From Promethearchaeati archaeon (GTDB lineage Archaea; Asgardarchaeota; Heimdallarchaeia; JABLTI01), in NCBI GenBank assembly GCA_013166835.1, contig JABLTI010000015.1, positions 15,149 to 79,148 of the forward strand: 64,000 nucleotides of DNA. Direction: 5' to 3'. Shown here piece by piece: positions 48,617-58,829 of the stretch (position 1 is its first letter; every line of letters begins with the position of its first letter). The notes below the pieces were generated by a model, which was not told where the DNA came from, made no database searches, and worked only from the letters and a program-made list of their open reading frames with translations. Position numbers and translations under genes: made by a program.

Positions 48617-50029
48617 TTGACAGATAAAAAACCGCTTGAGAAAATTGAAGGAATGATTGCTACTTTAATGCAACAAATGAAAATCCCAGGATTAAGTTTG
48701 ACAGTTGTAGATAAAGGTAAAGCAATTTATACTAGAGGAATTGGTGCGAGATCATTAAAAGGAAATCTACCAGCAACACCAAATACTTTGTATGGTATTG
48801 GTTCTGTAACAAAATCGTTTACATGTGTAGCGTTACTGCAACTTGAAGAACAAGGTAAGCTAAAAATAGATGATCCTGTTTCCAAGCATATTGATTTTAA
48901 AATTGGGAAAGAGGATAAACCAGTTTTAATCAAACATTTAATGTCACATTCATCAGGAATACCAGATCTTGGAATAGCTGCAATTTTAATTCGAAGACAT
49001 TCATTTCCAGAGATGGAGCTATTTATCCCATTGAGTAGTGCTGAAGATTGGTTAATGCATGCTAATGCAGCACAAGGAGAAATTGTTGATGAGCCATTAA
49101 AACGCTTCTTTTATTTCAATGGTGGGTATGCATTATTGGGATTAATCATTGAAGCAGTTTCTGGAATGAAGTATACTGACTACATAGACGAGTATATTTT
49201 GAAACCATTAGCAATGAATCGATCAACATTTCTAAGAGAGGAATTTGAGAAAGAAGAAGATCGAATGGCTGCTTATGCAACAGAGAAAGGTAAAGTAAAA
49301 GAATCAACGCATCCATTTGACGACTTAATATATTCCGCAGGAGGATTGCTTTCCTCAGTCAAAGAAATGGAAAACTATCTACAGATGTTTCTTAATGAGG
49401 GGACATTCAAAGGAAAACAAATTCTAAAACCTGAATCTATCAAAAGAATGATAGAACCAATGATTGCACTACCAGAAGGAGTTTTTGGGAAGGCCCATTA
49501 TTGCTTCGGTCTAGGTAAAATGGAGAATTTCTTCGGAGAAACATTGATTACACACGGTGGATCCACAGCAGTGTCAAGTGCCTATTTAGCCTTTATTCCT
49601 ATGAAAAAAATGGGTGTAGTTATAGAAGGAAACGTAGGAAATACTCAAGGAGGACTAATAGCTCAAGCTATATTGACAAGTTTATTGGGTAAAAATCCCT
49701 TTGAAGATCATCCAGCATTACGACTTGAATCAAAGTTGAATCAATTGGTAGGTAGTTATCAGACATTCAAAGGTATAAACAAAGCTGAAATCGTTAAGAT
49801 GGGTCAGCAATTGTACTTCAAAGATCCTGAACAAGATTGTCCAGCTTTTCCAATAATTCCCTACACTGATACAAAGAAGAACTATAAATTCTGGATGCCA
49901 GCTGGTATAACAAAATTCCCATGTGAATTTATTGTTAACTCCAAAACAGGTAAAATTAGTTTCATTTTTGAAAGAGGAGTCTATCATAAAATTGGTCCTA
50001 TTAAACCAAAGAAGAAAGAGAAAAAGTAA
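48617..50029 (+). CDS. Beta-lactamase-like serine hydrolase (Pab87/CubicO peptidase type)
   Basis: GSVTKSF (SxxK), LMSHSSG, YFNGGY (YxN), HGG; extra C-terminal domain. Confidence 0.9.
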   Translation: MTDKKPLEKIEGMIATLMQQMKIPGLSLTVVDKGKAIYTRGIGARSLKGNLPATPNTLYGIGSVTKSFTCVALLQLEEQGKLKIDDPVSKHIDFKIGKEDKPVLIKHLMSHSSGIPDLGIAAILIRRHSFPEMELFIPLSSAEDWLMHANAAQGEIVDEPLKRFFYFNGGYALLGLIIEAVSGMKYTDYIDEYILKPLAMNRSTFLREEFEKEEDRMAAYATEKGKVKESTHPFDDLIYSAGGLLSSVKEMENYLQMFLNEGTFKGKQILKPESIKRMIEPMIALPEGVFGKAHYCFGLGKMENFFGETLITHGGSTAVSSAYLAFIPMKKMGVVIEGNVGNTQGGLIAQAILTSLLGKNPFEDHPALRLESKLNQLVGSYQTFKGINKAEIVKMGQQLYFKDPEQDCPAFPIIPYTDTKKNYKFWMPAGITKFPCEFIVNSKTGKISFIFERGVYHKIGPIKPKKKEKK

Positions 50030-50051
50030 GGTTTTACCTTATCTTTTTTTT

Positions 50052-50855
50052 CTATTTTTGAATAAGTTTCTTTAATAAAGCGAATTCTTCTTTTTGATTG
50101 TTTAAATTCAAATCACTTGTGACAGGAGAGATACTAACATATTCCTGTGCTATTGCTTCTATATCACTACCTACAGGTGCTTCCTTGACTGGATCGCCCC
50201 AGAAGAAATAATAATCATTTTGTCTGGGATCCTTTCGTAATTCAGGCTTGAAAACTAAGAATTTGCTTGCCAATTTAGTAATTTTTACTGGTGTCTCATT
50301 TGTAGCATTGTAAGGAAAATTAACATTAATAAAAGCTAATTTTTCAGGGAAATCCATCTCAAGTACTTGCTTAGTCATTTTAGCAGCAATTTTAGCAGTA
50401 TTACTAAATGTTTCAGCAGTAGGAGTAACAAAATAATGGGCAGGATTTACATGCATGGAGAATGCAATTGCAGGAACATCATAAAAAGAAGCTTCGAAAG
50501 CAGCAGCACATGTTCCAGAAGTCAAAACAATATGAGAAGATATATTCAATCCTTGATTTATCCCAGCAACTACAAGATCAAACGGTCCTTCTTCTAAGGC
50601 ATTTAATCCAAAAATTATTGCATCAGCTGATGAACCTGTGATCGAATAACCAGAGATGTCAGGAGTAATTTCTTCCTTTTCCACTCGCACAATTTGATTA
50701 ATAGTAATTGCTTTTCCTTCTGCACTTCGTTGGACATGGGGTGTAACAATAATTACCTCAGCAAATTTAGTAAGCTCAGAGTAAAGCTGCAATAAACCAG
50801 TACTTCGAATACCATCATCACAAGTAAGAAGGATTTTTTTTCTATCTGAAAACAT
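50052..50855 (-). CDS. surE: 5'/3'-nucleotidase SurE
   Basis: ILLTCDDGI, GINQGLN, SGTCAAAFEA, SISPV. Confidence 0.92.
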   Translation of the reverse strand: MFSDRKKILLTCDDGIRSTGLLQLYSELTKFAEVIIVTPHVQRSAEGKAITINQIVRVEKEEITPDISGYSITGSSADAIIFGLNALEEGPFDLVVAGINQGLNISSHIVLTSGTCAAAFEASFYDVPAIAFSMHVNPAHYFVTPTAETFSNTAKIAAKMTKQVLEMDFPEKLAFINVNFPYNATNETPVKITKLASKFLVFKPELRKDPRQNDYYFFWGDPVKEAPVGSDIEAIAQEYVSISPVTSDLNLNNQKEEFALLKKLIQK

Positions 50856-50999
50856 AATGTAAATTTTTAAACATCTAGTTTTTAACTGTTAGTTTTGGTC
50901 AGATTATAAAGAAAAACACTTTTGTGTTGAAAAATGACGAAATAAAAAGATTAAAAATAGCGTTTTGAATTGAATAATTCTAAAGAGAATGGTGAACTT

Positions 51000-52229
51000 A
51001 TGTCTCCTACATCTAGCGAATTAAAATCAAAAGTGGTTGTCTTAGGATTATCACAGTCAGGAAAAACATCCATACGTCAAGTTATTTTTGAAGGTTTTAA
51101 ACCAGAAGCAACAGCACAAAACCCCGCAACAGTGAGAATCAATAGAAAGTTGTTTAATTTAGCTGGCGGAGAAATTAATCTCTTTGATATTGGTGGTCAA
51201 ACTAATTATCTAGACGAAATTTTCCAACAATATAAGGAAAGAACTTTCACTGATGTAAGAGCAGTAATTTTTGTGGTTGATATTTCAGATGCAGCCAATA
51301 TAATGAGATCAAAATATTACTTTGATTTAACCCTTAAGAACATAGGAGATTTGAGTGAAACAGCAGGAATATTTGTTTTTGCTCACAAACTCGATATTGT
51401 CCCATTGTATAAACGCATTTCAATTGTCAAATCAATTGGAGACATTTTTGAAGTAGAAAAATTTGATAATGTAAAAATTTTCGGGACTTCAATATTTGAT
51501 AATACTGTATGGGAAGCAATGCAAGAAGTGCTTTCTTTTGTTTATCCTCGAGATAATGTAAAAACAACTGAAATAATAGGTATTGTAAGTAAATACAACC
51601 TAGAATTCTTAGCACTTTCAACCTCACAAGGTTTGATATTATATTCAGAACCTGAAATAGTTTCTGGAGTTAATTTTCAAAGGTTGAAAAATGAACTTGC
51701 TAAAGCATACTTCCCAGGAATAGTATTAGAACAAGCAATTTTTGCTTATGGAAATTATACAGTCTTCATGAAAGAAGTTGATGATGATTTAATTGTAACA
51801 ACTATTTTTCCAGAAAAAACAGGTCTTATCGAAGCTCAAGACAAGTTCAGCGTTTTAAGTAATCAGATTAGTGATTTATTTCAACCAGAAGAGCTCTTAG
51901 GGAAAGCAAAGGTAAAGATGAAGAAGACTCTTGCTAATTATCTCAATAAACATAAAATCAAGAATGTTAAAGACCTGGAAATAAGATTTGACACTAAAAT
52001 TGGTGTTAAATGTGATGTATGTGGGAAACAAATACAAAAATCGGTTTTGGAAATTGCTTTAGAAAATTCAGAACAGCTAGAAAGAGGTATTAAAATTAGC
52101 TCTGGATTAGGTACTGAATCTATAGAAATTTATCCTCTTCATGAATGTGTTGAAGGGATAAGAGAAATTCCGGTAATACTTGATAACAATTTAGAATACC
52201 GACGATATGAGAAAAGTAGACCAATTTAG
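51000..52229 (+). CDS. Rag/Gtr-like small GTPase fused to roadblock-like and Zn modules
   Basis: GLSQSGKTSIRQVIF, PATV, DIGGQ, HKLD, GTSIF; middle LALSTSQGLILY domain; C-terminal CDVC..HEC; start 50970 (TTG) or 51000. Confidence 0.82.
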   Translation: MSPTSSELKSKVVVLGLSQSGKTSIRQVIFEGFKPEATAQNPATVRINRKLFNLAGGEINLFDIGGQTNYLDEIFQQYKERTFTDVRAVIFVVDISDAANIMRSKYYFDLTLKNIGDLSETAGIFVFAHKLDIVPLYKRISIVKSIGDIFEVEKFDNVKIFGTSIFDNTVWEAMQEVLSFVYPRDNVKTTEIIGIVSKYNLEFLALSTSQGLILYSEPEIVSGVNFQRLKNELAKAYFPGIVLEQAIFAYGNYTVFMKEVDDDLIVTTIFPEKTGLIEAQDKFSVLSNQISDLFQPEELLGKAKVKMKKTLANYLNKHKIKNVKDLEIRFDTKIGVKCDVCGKQIQKSVLEIALENSEQLERGIKISSGLGTESIEIYPLHECVEGIREIPVILDNNLEYRRYEKSRPI

Positions 52230-52265
52230 AAAGTGTATTCCTAAACTACTCTTTTAATTCAAAAA

Positions 52266-53906
52266 TTAAGATTTGGATTCAGTTTCAGATTTCTTCTCTT
52301 TCTTTAGATATTCAGCTAAATTCTCTAAATCATCCTCTGATAGATCAAGATTTGCTGCTTGGATTTGAATCTGTTTGATAGCATATCTTTTACGTTCTTC
52401 TTTTATTCTCTCCATAAATCTGGAACCTTTTTTCTTAACGGGTTGAGGTGTTTCTACTACTTGTTCTATAATTGGTTCAGGTTCTGGTTCTTCTACAATT
52501 ACTGGAGCTTCAACTGGTTTTTCAACTTCTGCAGTAAGGTCTGGTTCTAATATAACCTCAGTATCTGGTTCAACTAGAGGAACAGATTCAGGAACAGGAG
52601 CTAAAACTTTTTCTGGTTCAGAAACTGGGGGAATTGGTTCAACTTCCTTTATTTCTTCGATATCTTGTTTTTCCTTTAGTTTGTTAACAAATGTGAAAAA
52701 ACTTTCTCCTTCTCGCTCTATAACTGGTTCTTTAACTACAACAGGTGCTTTTACTGCAGCAGCAACAATTTTTTTAGGTTGAGGAAGGGCTTCACTAATA
52801 GCTTTTTCATCGATTCTTTCTGCTGTATCGAGTGATTGGGAGAATTTACTAATAAGACCATAAAGGCTCTTTGTTTTGTCCTCTGTAATAGGCGAAAATG
52901 AAGTGATTAATAGGTAGTTCTTCTCCATACTAACTATCATGCCATGGACATTTTCATTAGATGCGGTAACGACATTAACAGTTGAACCATTATCGAATTT
53001 ATGTTCACTAATACTTGATTTGAATTCTTGTAAAGCTACTATATAATCAATGGATAATTCAACATTTACAGCTGATTGAGCAGAAGTTCCAATAACAGGA
53101 GATAGAGTAGTTTTATCTATTAATACAATTTCAATAATATCATAATCTCTGAGATCCAATTGGATTGTCGATTTACCAAAAGTTGGTAGCGTTCCACCAT
53201 GTTCAGGTTTTAAGTAATCCATAAGTTGACGAATTCTTGGATCATCTTGATGTTCCACTACATAACTTTGGAATTCCTCGCTTTCCTCCACTTTCTTACC
53301 AAGGTCCTCAATTAACTCAAACCGTTGTATATTCATATTTGCTTCTTTCATGAGTTTATAGACTAACTCTATCAAACTTTCAGTATAATAAATACTACTA
53401 GATTCAAATTGGATGTCGTATTTAGGATCATCAAGATCTTCTTTGACTTGATCTAGTAAAATAACAAGTTCTTCCGGTTGAATCATATCCACTTTGTGGC
53501 AAAGAACTGCAATTTTACCATCAGGATTTTCTTTTTTAAATTGACGAATTGTAAAACTAAATCTTCGTTCTGATTCTTCGAAAAATTCAGGATGAGTCAT
53601 ATCAATGATCCATAAAAGCAATTTAACATTAGAGAAAACAAGATGACGGAACTGTGTAACAGCTTCATTCCAATAACTTTCTTGTCCTCCAGAATCTACA
53701 ACTATATTCTTCTGATCCACATCAATGAATTGACGCTCATAATGAATTGTAGCCATGTAACCTTCGACTTCTTCCGGTTTCTTACCAAAGAACACAACAT
53801 CCTTTATAGCTGTTTTACCAGCTTGTTGTAAACCCATAAAGAGAATTTTATCCTCATCTTTCGGTTTACCATCTTTTTGTTGTAGTTCTTCAAATAAGTA
53901 TGACAT
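52266..53906 (-). CDS. Rag/Gtr-like small GTPase with roadblock/longin-like domain and acidic P/E-rich tail
   Basis: KILFMGLQQAGKTAIKDVVF, ATI, DSGGQESY, HKVD, SSIY; IVLIDKTTLSPV domain; EP-rich linker. Confidence 0.82.
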   Translation of the reverse strand: MSYLFEELQQKDGKPKDEDKILFMGLQQAGKTAIKDVVFFGKKPEEVEGYMATIHYERQFIDVDQKNIVVDSGGQESYWNEAVTQFRHLVFSNVKLLLWIIDMTHPEFFEESERRFSFTIRQFKKENPDGKIAVLCHKVDMIQPEELVILLDQVKEDLDDPKYDIQFESSSIYYTESLIELVYKLMKEANMNIQRFELIEDLGKKVEESEEFQSYVVEHQDDPRIRQLMDYLKPEHGGTLPTFGKSTIQLDLRDYDIIEIVLIDKTTLSPVIGTSAQSAVNVELSIDYIVALQEFKSSISEHKFDNGSTVNVVTASNENVHGMIVSMEKNYLLITSFSPITEDKTKSLYGLISKFSQSLDTAERIDEKAISEALPQPKKIVAAAVKAPVVVKEPVIEREGESFFTFVNKLKEKQDIEEIKEVEPIPPVSEPEKVLAPVPESVPLVEPDTEVILEPDLTAEVEKPVEAPVIVEEPEPEPIIEQVVETPQPVKKKGSRFMERIKEERKRYAIKQIQIQAANLDLSEDDLENLAEYLKKEKKSETESKS

Positions 53907-53995
53907 GTCTATCACTGGAATTTGTGTATGTGGTTTACTATTGTCTTTTAATCTTTTGTCTTGATATCAATATTACTGTTTAAGCAATATTGTCG

Positions 53996-56900
53996 CTATT
54001 GATATTTCTTAATCTCTTTTTTATCTTTTTTAACGTTATTTTGAGCTGCTAACATTATGATAACAGAACGTCTTCGTAATTTCTGAAGATGTTCTTCAAC
54101 GACAGATAATGGTGCTCTACCTTGAAGAGACGCAATGAGTTCATCAATTTCTAAGAGCATAAATTCTTGATTTGCTAGTAAAAGACTACCAGCTTCTTTA
54201 TCTGCAAGAACTATTAATGTTAGATTCTCAAATCCTCCACGCATTGCCGGATTTGGTAATTGAATTCCATGGATAAATCCGATCATATCCTCGTTTGGTA
54301 AATTAATGGAACCAATTCTTCGTCTTTCATCATGTTCCTCAAATCCAAGGGAAGAATATGCTTGATCTGAAATTTTTAAGAGAAAGTTTTCATAGCCAAT
54401 TCTCATTCTTGGTTTATAATATGGAGTCTCGAGAGAGTGATTTCCTATTAATGGTATTGGTCCTTTCTTTTGGTCAAAGATAGATAATACAACTCCCGGT
54501 GAAATTTTCTCCGTGTTTTTCACAATATCCTCTTCGGTAACTTTCTCCATTAGCTCTTCAAATGGTCTTGCTCGAACAACTCGATAGATAACAAAACCAA
54601 TAATTATTGAGAACAAAATTGCTGCTCCCACAATTATGAGGATTATTTGTAAAGATAAGCCAGCAGAAATTGCATAAATATTCTCTCCAAACATATCACT
54701 TATCGGATCGTATATTGTACTTCCAGCATAAACTACAAGAACAGACATATAATCCATATCTTTAGTTATTGGGAGATTGATGTTTGCTAAACCATCAAGA
54801 TTGGTTGATGTAGTGATATTATGCTGAATTATGGTTCCATTCTGGTAATGAATTTCAAACATGAAAACTACAATGGCAAACTGGACTGGAGTAGTATCTT
54901 CGCGTAGTAAAACACAAGTTACAACTAAATCACTATCATAAATGACTTCTATGTTTGCGACATCAATAGTTAATGTAATTGGAATAGGGAGTATTGTGAT
55001 GCTTAATGTAGTTGTATCGTTTTTAACTCCATAATAAAAGTTTGACTCAGTATAGAAGGTAAATGTATCAAGACCTTTACCTGTAAAGAAGGAATCAGAG
55101 CTAAAGGTAATATTGTAAATATAATTTATCGCATCAATTAATTCATAACTAAAAGCTGATGTTTGATCATTTATTGCTAGATAATCTATTGCTTGACCGG
55201 TAGTATTTGTATCATCTCGTAATTGGAAGGTCATTGTAATATCTTGTTCAAAAATAACTGACTCTGGAGCATCATAGATTAACATGTTTCCTTCTTTTCT
55301 GTGAACTTGGATATATACTCTAACAATTTGCTTGTTGCTAGTGAATTGATAGAATTCAAAATCGATGAAAGTATAAGCATCATTGGTTATGTTCGATGCA
55401 TTAATAGTGAAATTGTAAATAGTAGCATTGAATTGAGAGAAATCAACTATTAGATTAATGCTCGGATTCTCTTTTATGATATCAACAGTTAATCCAACAA
55501 TTTCTGTTTTATTAACACGATCTCGAATATTGATTGTGAAATTGAATTGATCACCATAGTACATAGTATAGTAATAATCTGTAGTGAAATCATTTGGGTC
55601 TACATAAATCAGTTCAATATCATCTATGATGAAAACATATGTAGCTTCAACAAAGTTGGGGTAAATTCCTAAACCAGTGTCATCTTCAAGCCTAATGTTT
55701 AAAGTATGATTGCCATCTTGTAGTGGTGCTATAATATCCCAAGGAAGAGCAGCAGAGAGATAATCTTCATCAGCATCCCATTTATACAGGAATTTGTTGA
55801 TATCAGGAGAAGTTACATCAAAATCAATAACTTCACCACCAGTAAGATAAGAATTATTGGTTGTAGATATGAGATTATATGTTGGAGCAACGAAATCTAG
55901 ATTGAAGTGATATTCGACAGAATAATCATTCCCAACAACATCATAGGTATAAAGATAAATTACTGCTTCAACCTCGCTAAGGTGTACTGCTAATAATGAA
56001 ACATTGAAATCTGTTGAACGGATTGATGGACTGCTATCTAAATCCCATTGGGATTCCACATATGCTACAGTATCATCATTAATGTCTTCCACATTGAAAC
56101 TAATTGGTGTATTATCATTAATTTTAGTATGATTGAACAATAGTAGCAAATCAATTGTTGGAGCAGTATCATCTATTGTTAGCCAATAAGTTCGTAATTG
56201 ATAATTTCCTAGTGAATCATTTGCTAAAATATCAAGTTTCGCATATCCTTCTATAGCTGGGAGAATGAAATTATTAACAAAAGGAACATAAGTTGTACTA
56301 TTCCAGCGATAAAAGCTATTAAGAATTGGATCAGCATCTGTAACAACAACAGAAACTAATGTATCTGCAGGGATATATCTAAAATTGTTTACAATTACTT
56401 GACCAGTTATTGTTACAGTTGAAGATGGTCGAGTCGTATCAATAATGAAAGTAATGTAATAGCGATAATAGTTACATGCAATATCAAAAACCATGATCGT
56501 TAAATTATGCTGACCATCAGATAAACCAGATAAATAGACTAAAAATGGTGATTCCAAAGTAAGATTATTCGCATTATCCATGGAATAAAAAATCGTTAAG
56601 TCAGAAGTATCAGTCCAATTATCAGCAATTATATAGGAAAGAACTGCACTATCCAGAAATCTTGACCCGTTATAATCTGGTACTGGGATAGTTTGAACTA
56701 AAGTTGGGTTTTCTTGATCAACTTTAAAGAGAAACATAAACTCAACTTGTTCATCATCAGCGTTACCAACAATAACTGTCAGCTTATAAGTTCCGGGAGT
56801 AGAGGACAAAGCATCTCCACCACTTAGAGTCATGATTCCAGAAACAACAGTACCATCACTCCAAGGATCATTGCCCCAGAAATATTTGACAGTTCCATTA

Positions 56901-58675
56901 TCATTAGTTATTGAAACTTCAACAGTGTTTCCACCTTGATAATAGGTATTATTCAAGAGATTATAGAGTTCTACATTAAGAAGCGATAAACTCGTGTTGA
57001 ATGAAAATACTTTGGTTATACTATTTCCAAAAGTATCATTAGCAAAAACTGAAAGATTATGCCAACCAGCAGTTGATGGTAAATAAGCTCTGTAGAGATT
57101 CCCAAGGAAAGGAGACCATGCAGCAAGCGAATCTGAATCCCATTTATACTGAACATCAATAGGATAACTTCGATCGTCAATAATTATGTCAATGTTCTTG
57201 CCTTGAGGTTGTGTTGTTTCATTTAAGACGTTTACAAGTAAAATATCCGGTGGGGTATTATCAAAAATGAAGAAATATTCGAATAGACTAGTACCGAATG
57301 GATCTGTATAATGAATTGTTAATTGATGTGAATCAATTAATGCATCAGAAATATAAATATCAAATGGATCTAGAAATGCAAATTGAGTAGTATTTTTATC
57401 CCATTCGTAAAATACTGATATGTAATCATAAATACTGAAATTCAGCACAGAACCACCAGCTACCAGTGAGTTATTTGCTGGTGAATGTAAAACAACGTCT
57501 GACTCTCTTGCATCATACCCAATTGAATAAGATGCTTCAGCCATATTATTAAAGAAATCTGAAGCTTGTATTGTTAATGTATGCCAACCGTTTGTTTCAG
57601 GTAAAGAAATGATTTTTGGTGAGCTAAAACTAGTAAAACTATCTGTATCCCATTTATATTGATTTAAAACTGAATCAGCAGAAATTGTTACAGTTCCATT
57701 TGTTTGTGTAGTATAGATTGTATTATTTTCCAAACCTGTTAAATCAATTGTTGGATAATTCTCTTGATACATGTATAATTGCATACCAATAGATTCGAGA
57801 GAATTCTGAATATGATAATAATTATCATAAGTATTATTTGAAGAATCAATAGTCCAATCAGTAGGATAAATAACTTGACCAGATCTTAACTCTATTCTTT
57901 CAGCTGGACCTGTATAACTAGCACTACCCAACATACATTCATAAGTTGCTCGTAATCTATAACCAGCAGGAATGCGTGTTGTGTTCGGAATTACTGCCTC
58001 ATATATCCATCCAGGCCATTTTCCATTATGCATCCCACCACCATATGGATTCTCATCTGTATCATCAAATTCTCCTTGTACCGATGTTATTGGACTAGTT
58101 AGTTCTGTTACTGGATTAAATAACTCCAAAGTAATTCTTAGTGTCCAATCTGAATAATCAGAATAATATGTATCTCCTCCGCACATAAAGTAAACATTTC
58201 CTTGAATGTAAGTATCAACATCATATTCAGGACTAAACACAGTTGAATTCATAAGATGACCATCAACTGTTATATCACTGCGTAATTGAGCAAAAGTATC
58301 CAATGGATGCCAGTAAATGGTTGGATTGCTTGAATCATTATTTTGAATTAAAGTTACTGATCGGAAATTAAAAGCATCATTTTTTACATCCTCATAGTTT
58401 TCCCATTCAAAAGAATAACCATTTACATCTAGATTCACAAAGCTATCTTGAGTAAAATAACCAACTGTTTTGTAAGTTCCAGAAGTATTAGCAGTTTCTG
58501 CAAGTGCATCTGGAAGAACAGTAAATTCATCATCTATTGATGGAGGTAAACCTTGAACATCTGCAATTGGTGTTACAAGAGGTTCTTCACATTCAACATT
58601 TGTTAAATAAAACAATGAATTAAGACATAAAATCATAAAAAATAGACTGTAAAATCGAGATACTTTATTCAACAT
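53996..58675 (-). CDS. Single-pass membrane receptor-like protein: signal peptide, Ig-like repeats, TM, cytoplasmic uDENN/longin-like domain
   Basis: Signal peptide; ~8 repeats with YxWD, G.H.L.I.A.D..GN and D.T.P; TM LQIILIIVGAAILFSIIIGFVIY (~54584-54660); tail VVLSIFDQKKGPIP...RGGFENLTLIVL. Confidence 0.8.
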   Translation of the reverse strand: MLNKVSRFYSLFFMILCLNSLFYLTNVECEEPLVTPIADVQGLPPSIDDEFTVLPDALAETANTSGTYKTVGYFTQDSFVNLDVNGYSFEWENYEDVKNDAFNFRSVTLIQNNDSSNPTIYWHPLDTFAQLRSDITVDGHLMNSTVFSPEYDVDTYIQGNVYFMCGGDTYYSDYSDWTLRITLELFNPVTELTSPITSVQGEFDDTDENPYGGGMHNGKWPGWIYEAVIPNTTRIPAGYRLRATYECMLGSASYTGPAERIELRSGQVIYPTDWTIDSSNNTYDNYYHIQNSLESIGMQLYMYQENYPTIDLTGLENNTIYTTQTNGTVTISADSVLNQYKWDTDSFTSFSSPKIISLPETNGWHTLTIQASDFFNNMAEASYSIGYDARESDVVLHSPANNSLVAGGSVLNFSIYDYISVFYEWDKNTTQFAFLDPFDIYISDALIDSHQLTIHYTDPFGTSLFEYFFIFDNTPPDILLVNVLNETTQPQGKNIDIIIDDRSYPIDVQYKWDSDSLAAWSPFLGNLYRAYLPSTAGWHNLSVFANDTFGNSITKVFSFNTSLSLLNVELYNLLNNTYYQGGNTVEVSITNDNGTVKYFWGNDPWSDGTVVSGIMTLSGGDALSSTPGTYKLTVIVGNADDEQVEFMFLFKVDQENPTLVQTIPVPDYNGSRFLDSAVLSYIIADNWTDTSDLTIFYSMDNANNLTLESPFLVYLSGLSDGQHNLTIMVFDIACNYYRYYITFIIDTTRPSSTVTITGQVIVNNFRYIPADTLVSVVVTDADPILNSFYRWNSTTYVPFVNNFILPAIEGYAKLDILANDSLGNYQLRTYWLTIDDTAPTIDLLLLFNHTKINDNTPISFNVEDINDDTVAYVESQWDLDSSPSIRSTDFNVSLLAVHLSEVEAVIYLYTYDVVGNDYSVEYHFNLDFVAPTYNLISTTNNSYLTGGEVIDFDVTSPDINKFLYKWDADEDYLSAALPWDIIAPLQDGNHTLNIRLEDDTGLGIYPNFVEATYVFIIDDIELIYVDPNDFTTDYYYTMYYGDQFNFTINIRDRVNKTEIVGLTVDIIKENPSINLIVDFSQFNATIYNFTINASNITNDAYTFIDFEFYQFTSNKQIVRVYIQVHRKEGNMLIYDAPESVIFEQDITMTFQLRDDTNTTGQAIDYLAINDQTSAFSYELIDAINYIYNITFSSDSFFTGKGLDTFTFYTESNFYYGVKNDTTTLSITILPIPITLTIDVANIEVIYDSDLVVTCVLLREDTTPVQFAIVVFMFEIHYQNGTIIQHNITTSTNLDGLANINLPITKDMDYMSVLVVYAGSTIYDPISDMFGENIYAISAGLSLQIILIIVGAAILFSIIIGFVIYRVVRARPFEELMEKVTEEDIVKNTEKISPGVVLSIFDQKKGPIPLIGNHSLETPYYKPRMRIGYENFLLKISDQAYSSLGFEEHDERRRIGSINLPNEDMIGFIHGIQLPNPAMRGGFENLTLIVLADKEAGSLLLANQEFMLLEIDELIASLQGRAPLSVVEEHLQKLRRRSVIIMLAAQNNVKKDKKEIKKYQ

Positions 58676-58829
58676 TTAAGGCACCAATAGTTTAATTTTG
58701 CTTTCTTTAAGGAATTCCTTTAATTAATCAATAAATCAAGAATTTTGCTATTAATCATAAACTCTTGAATTGAATTACAATCTTAAAAACTCTGCCCAAT
58801 CTTAAAAGTGTTTATAATTGGGTAAAAAA

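Noticed and set aside
48617-50029. Antibiotic-resistance beta-lactamase
   Set aside because: No signal peptide; architecture matches archaeal self-compartmentalising peptidases
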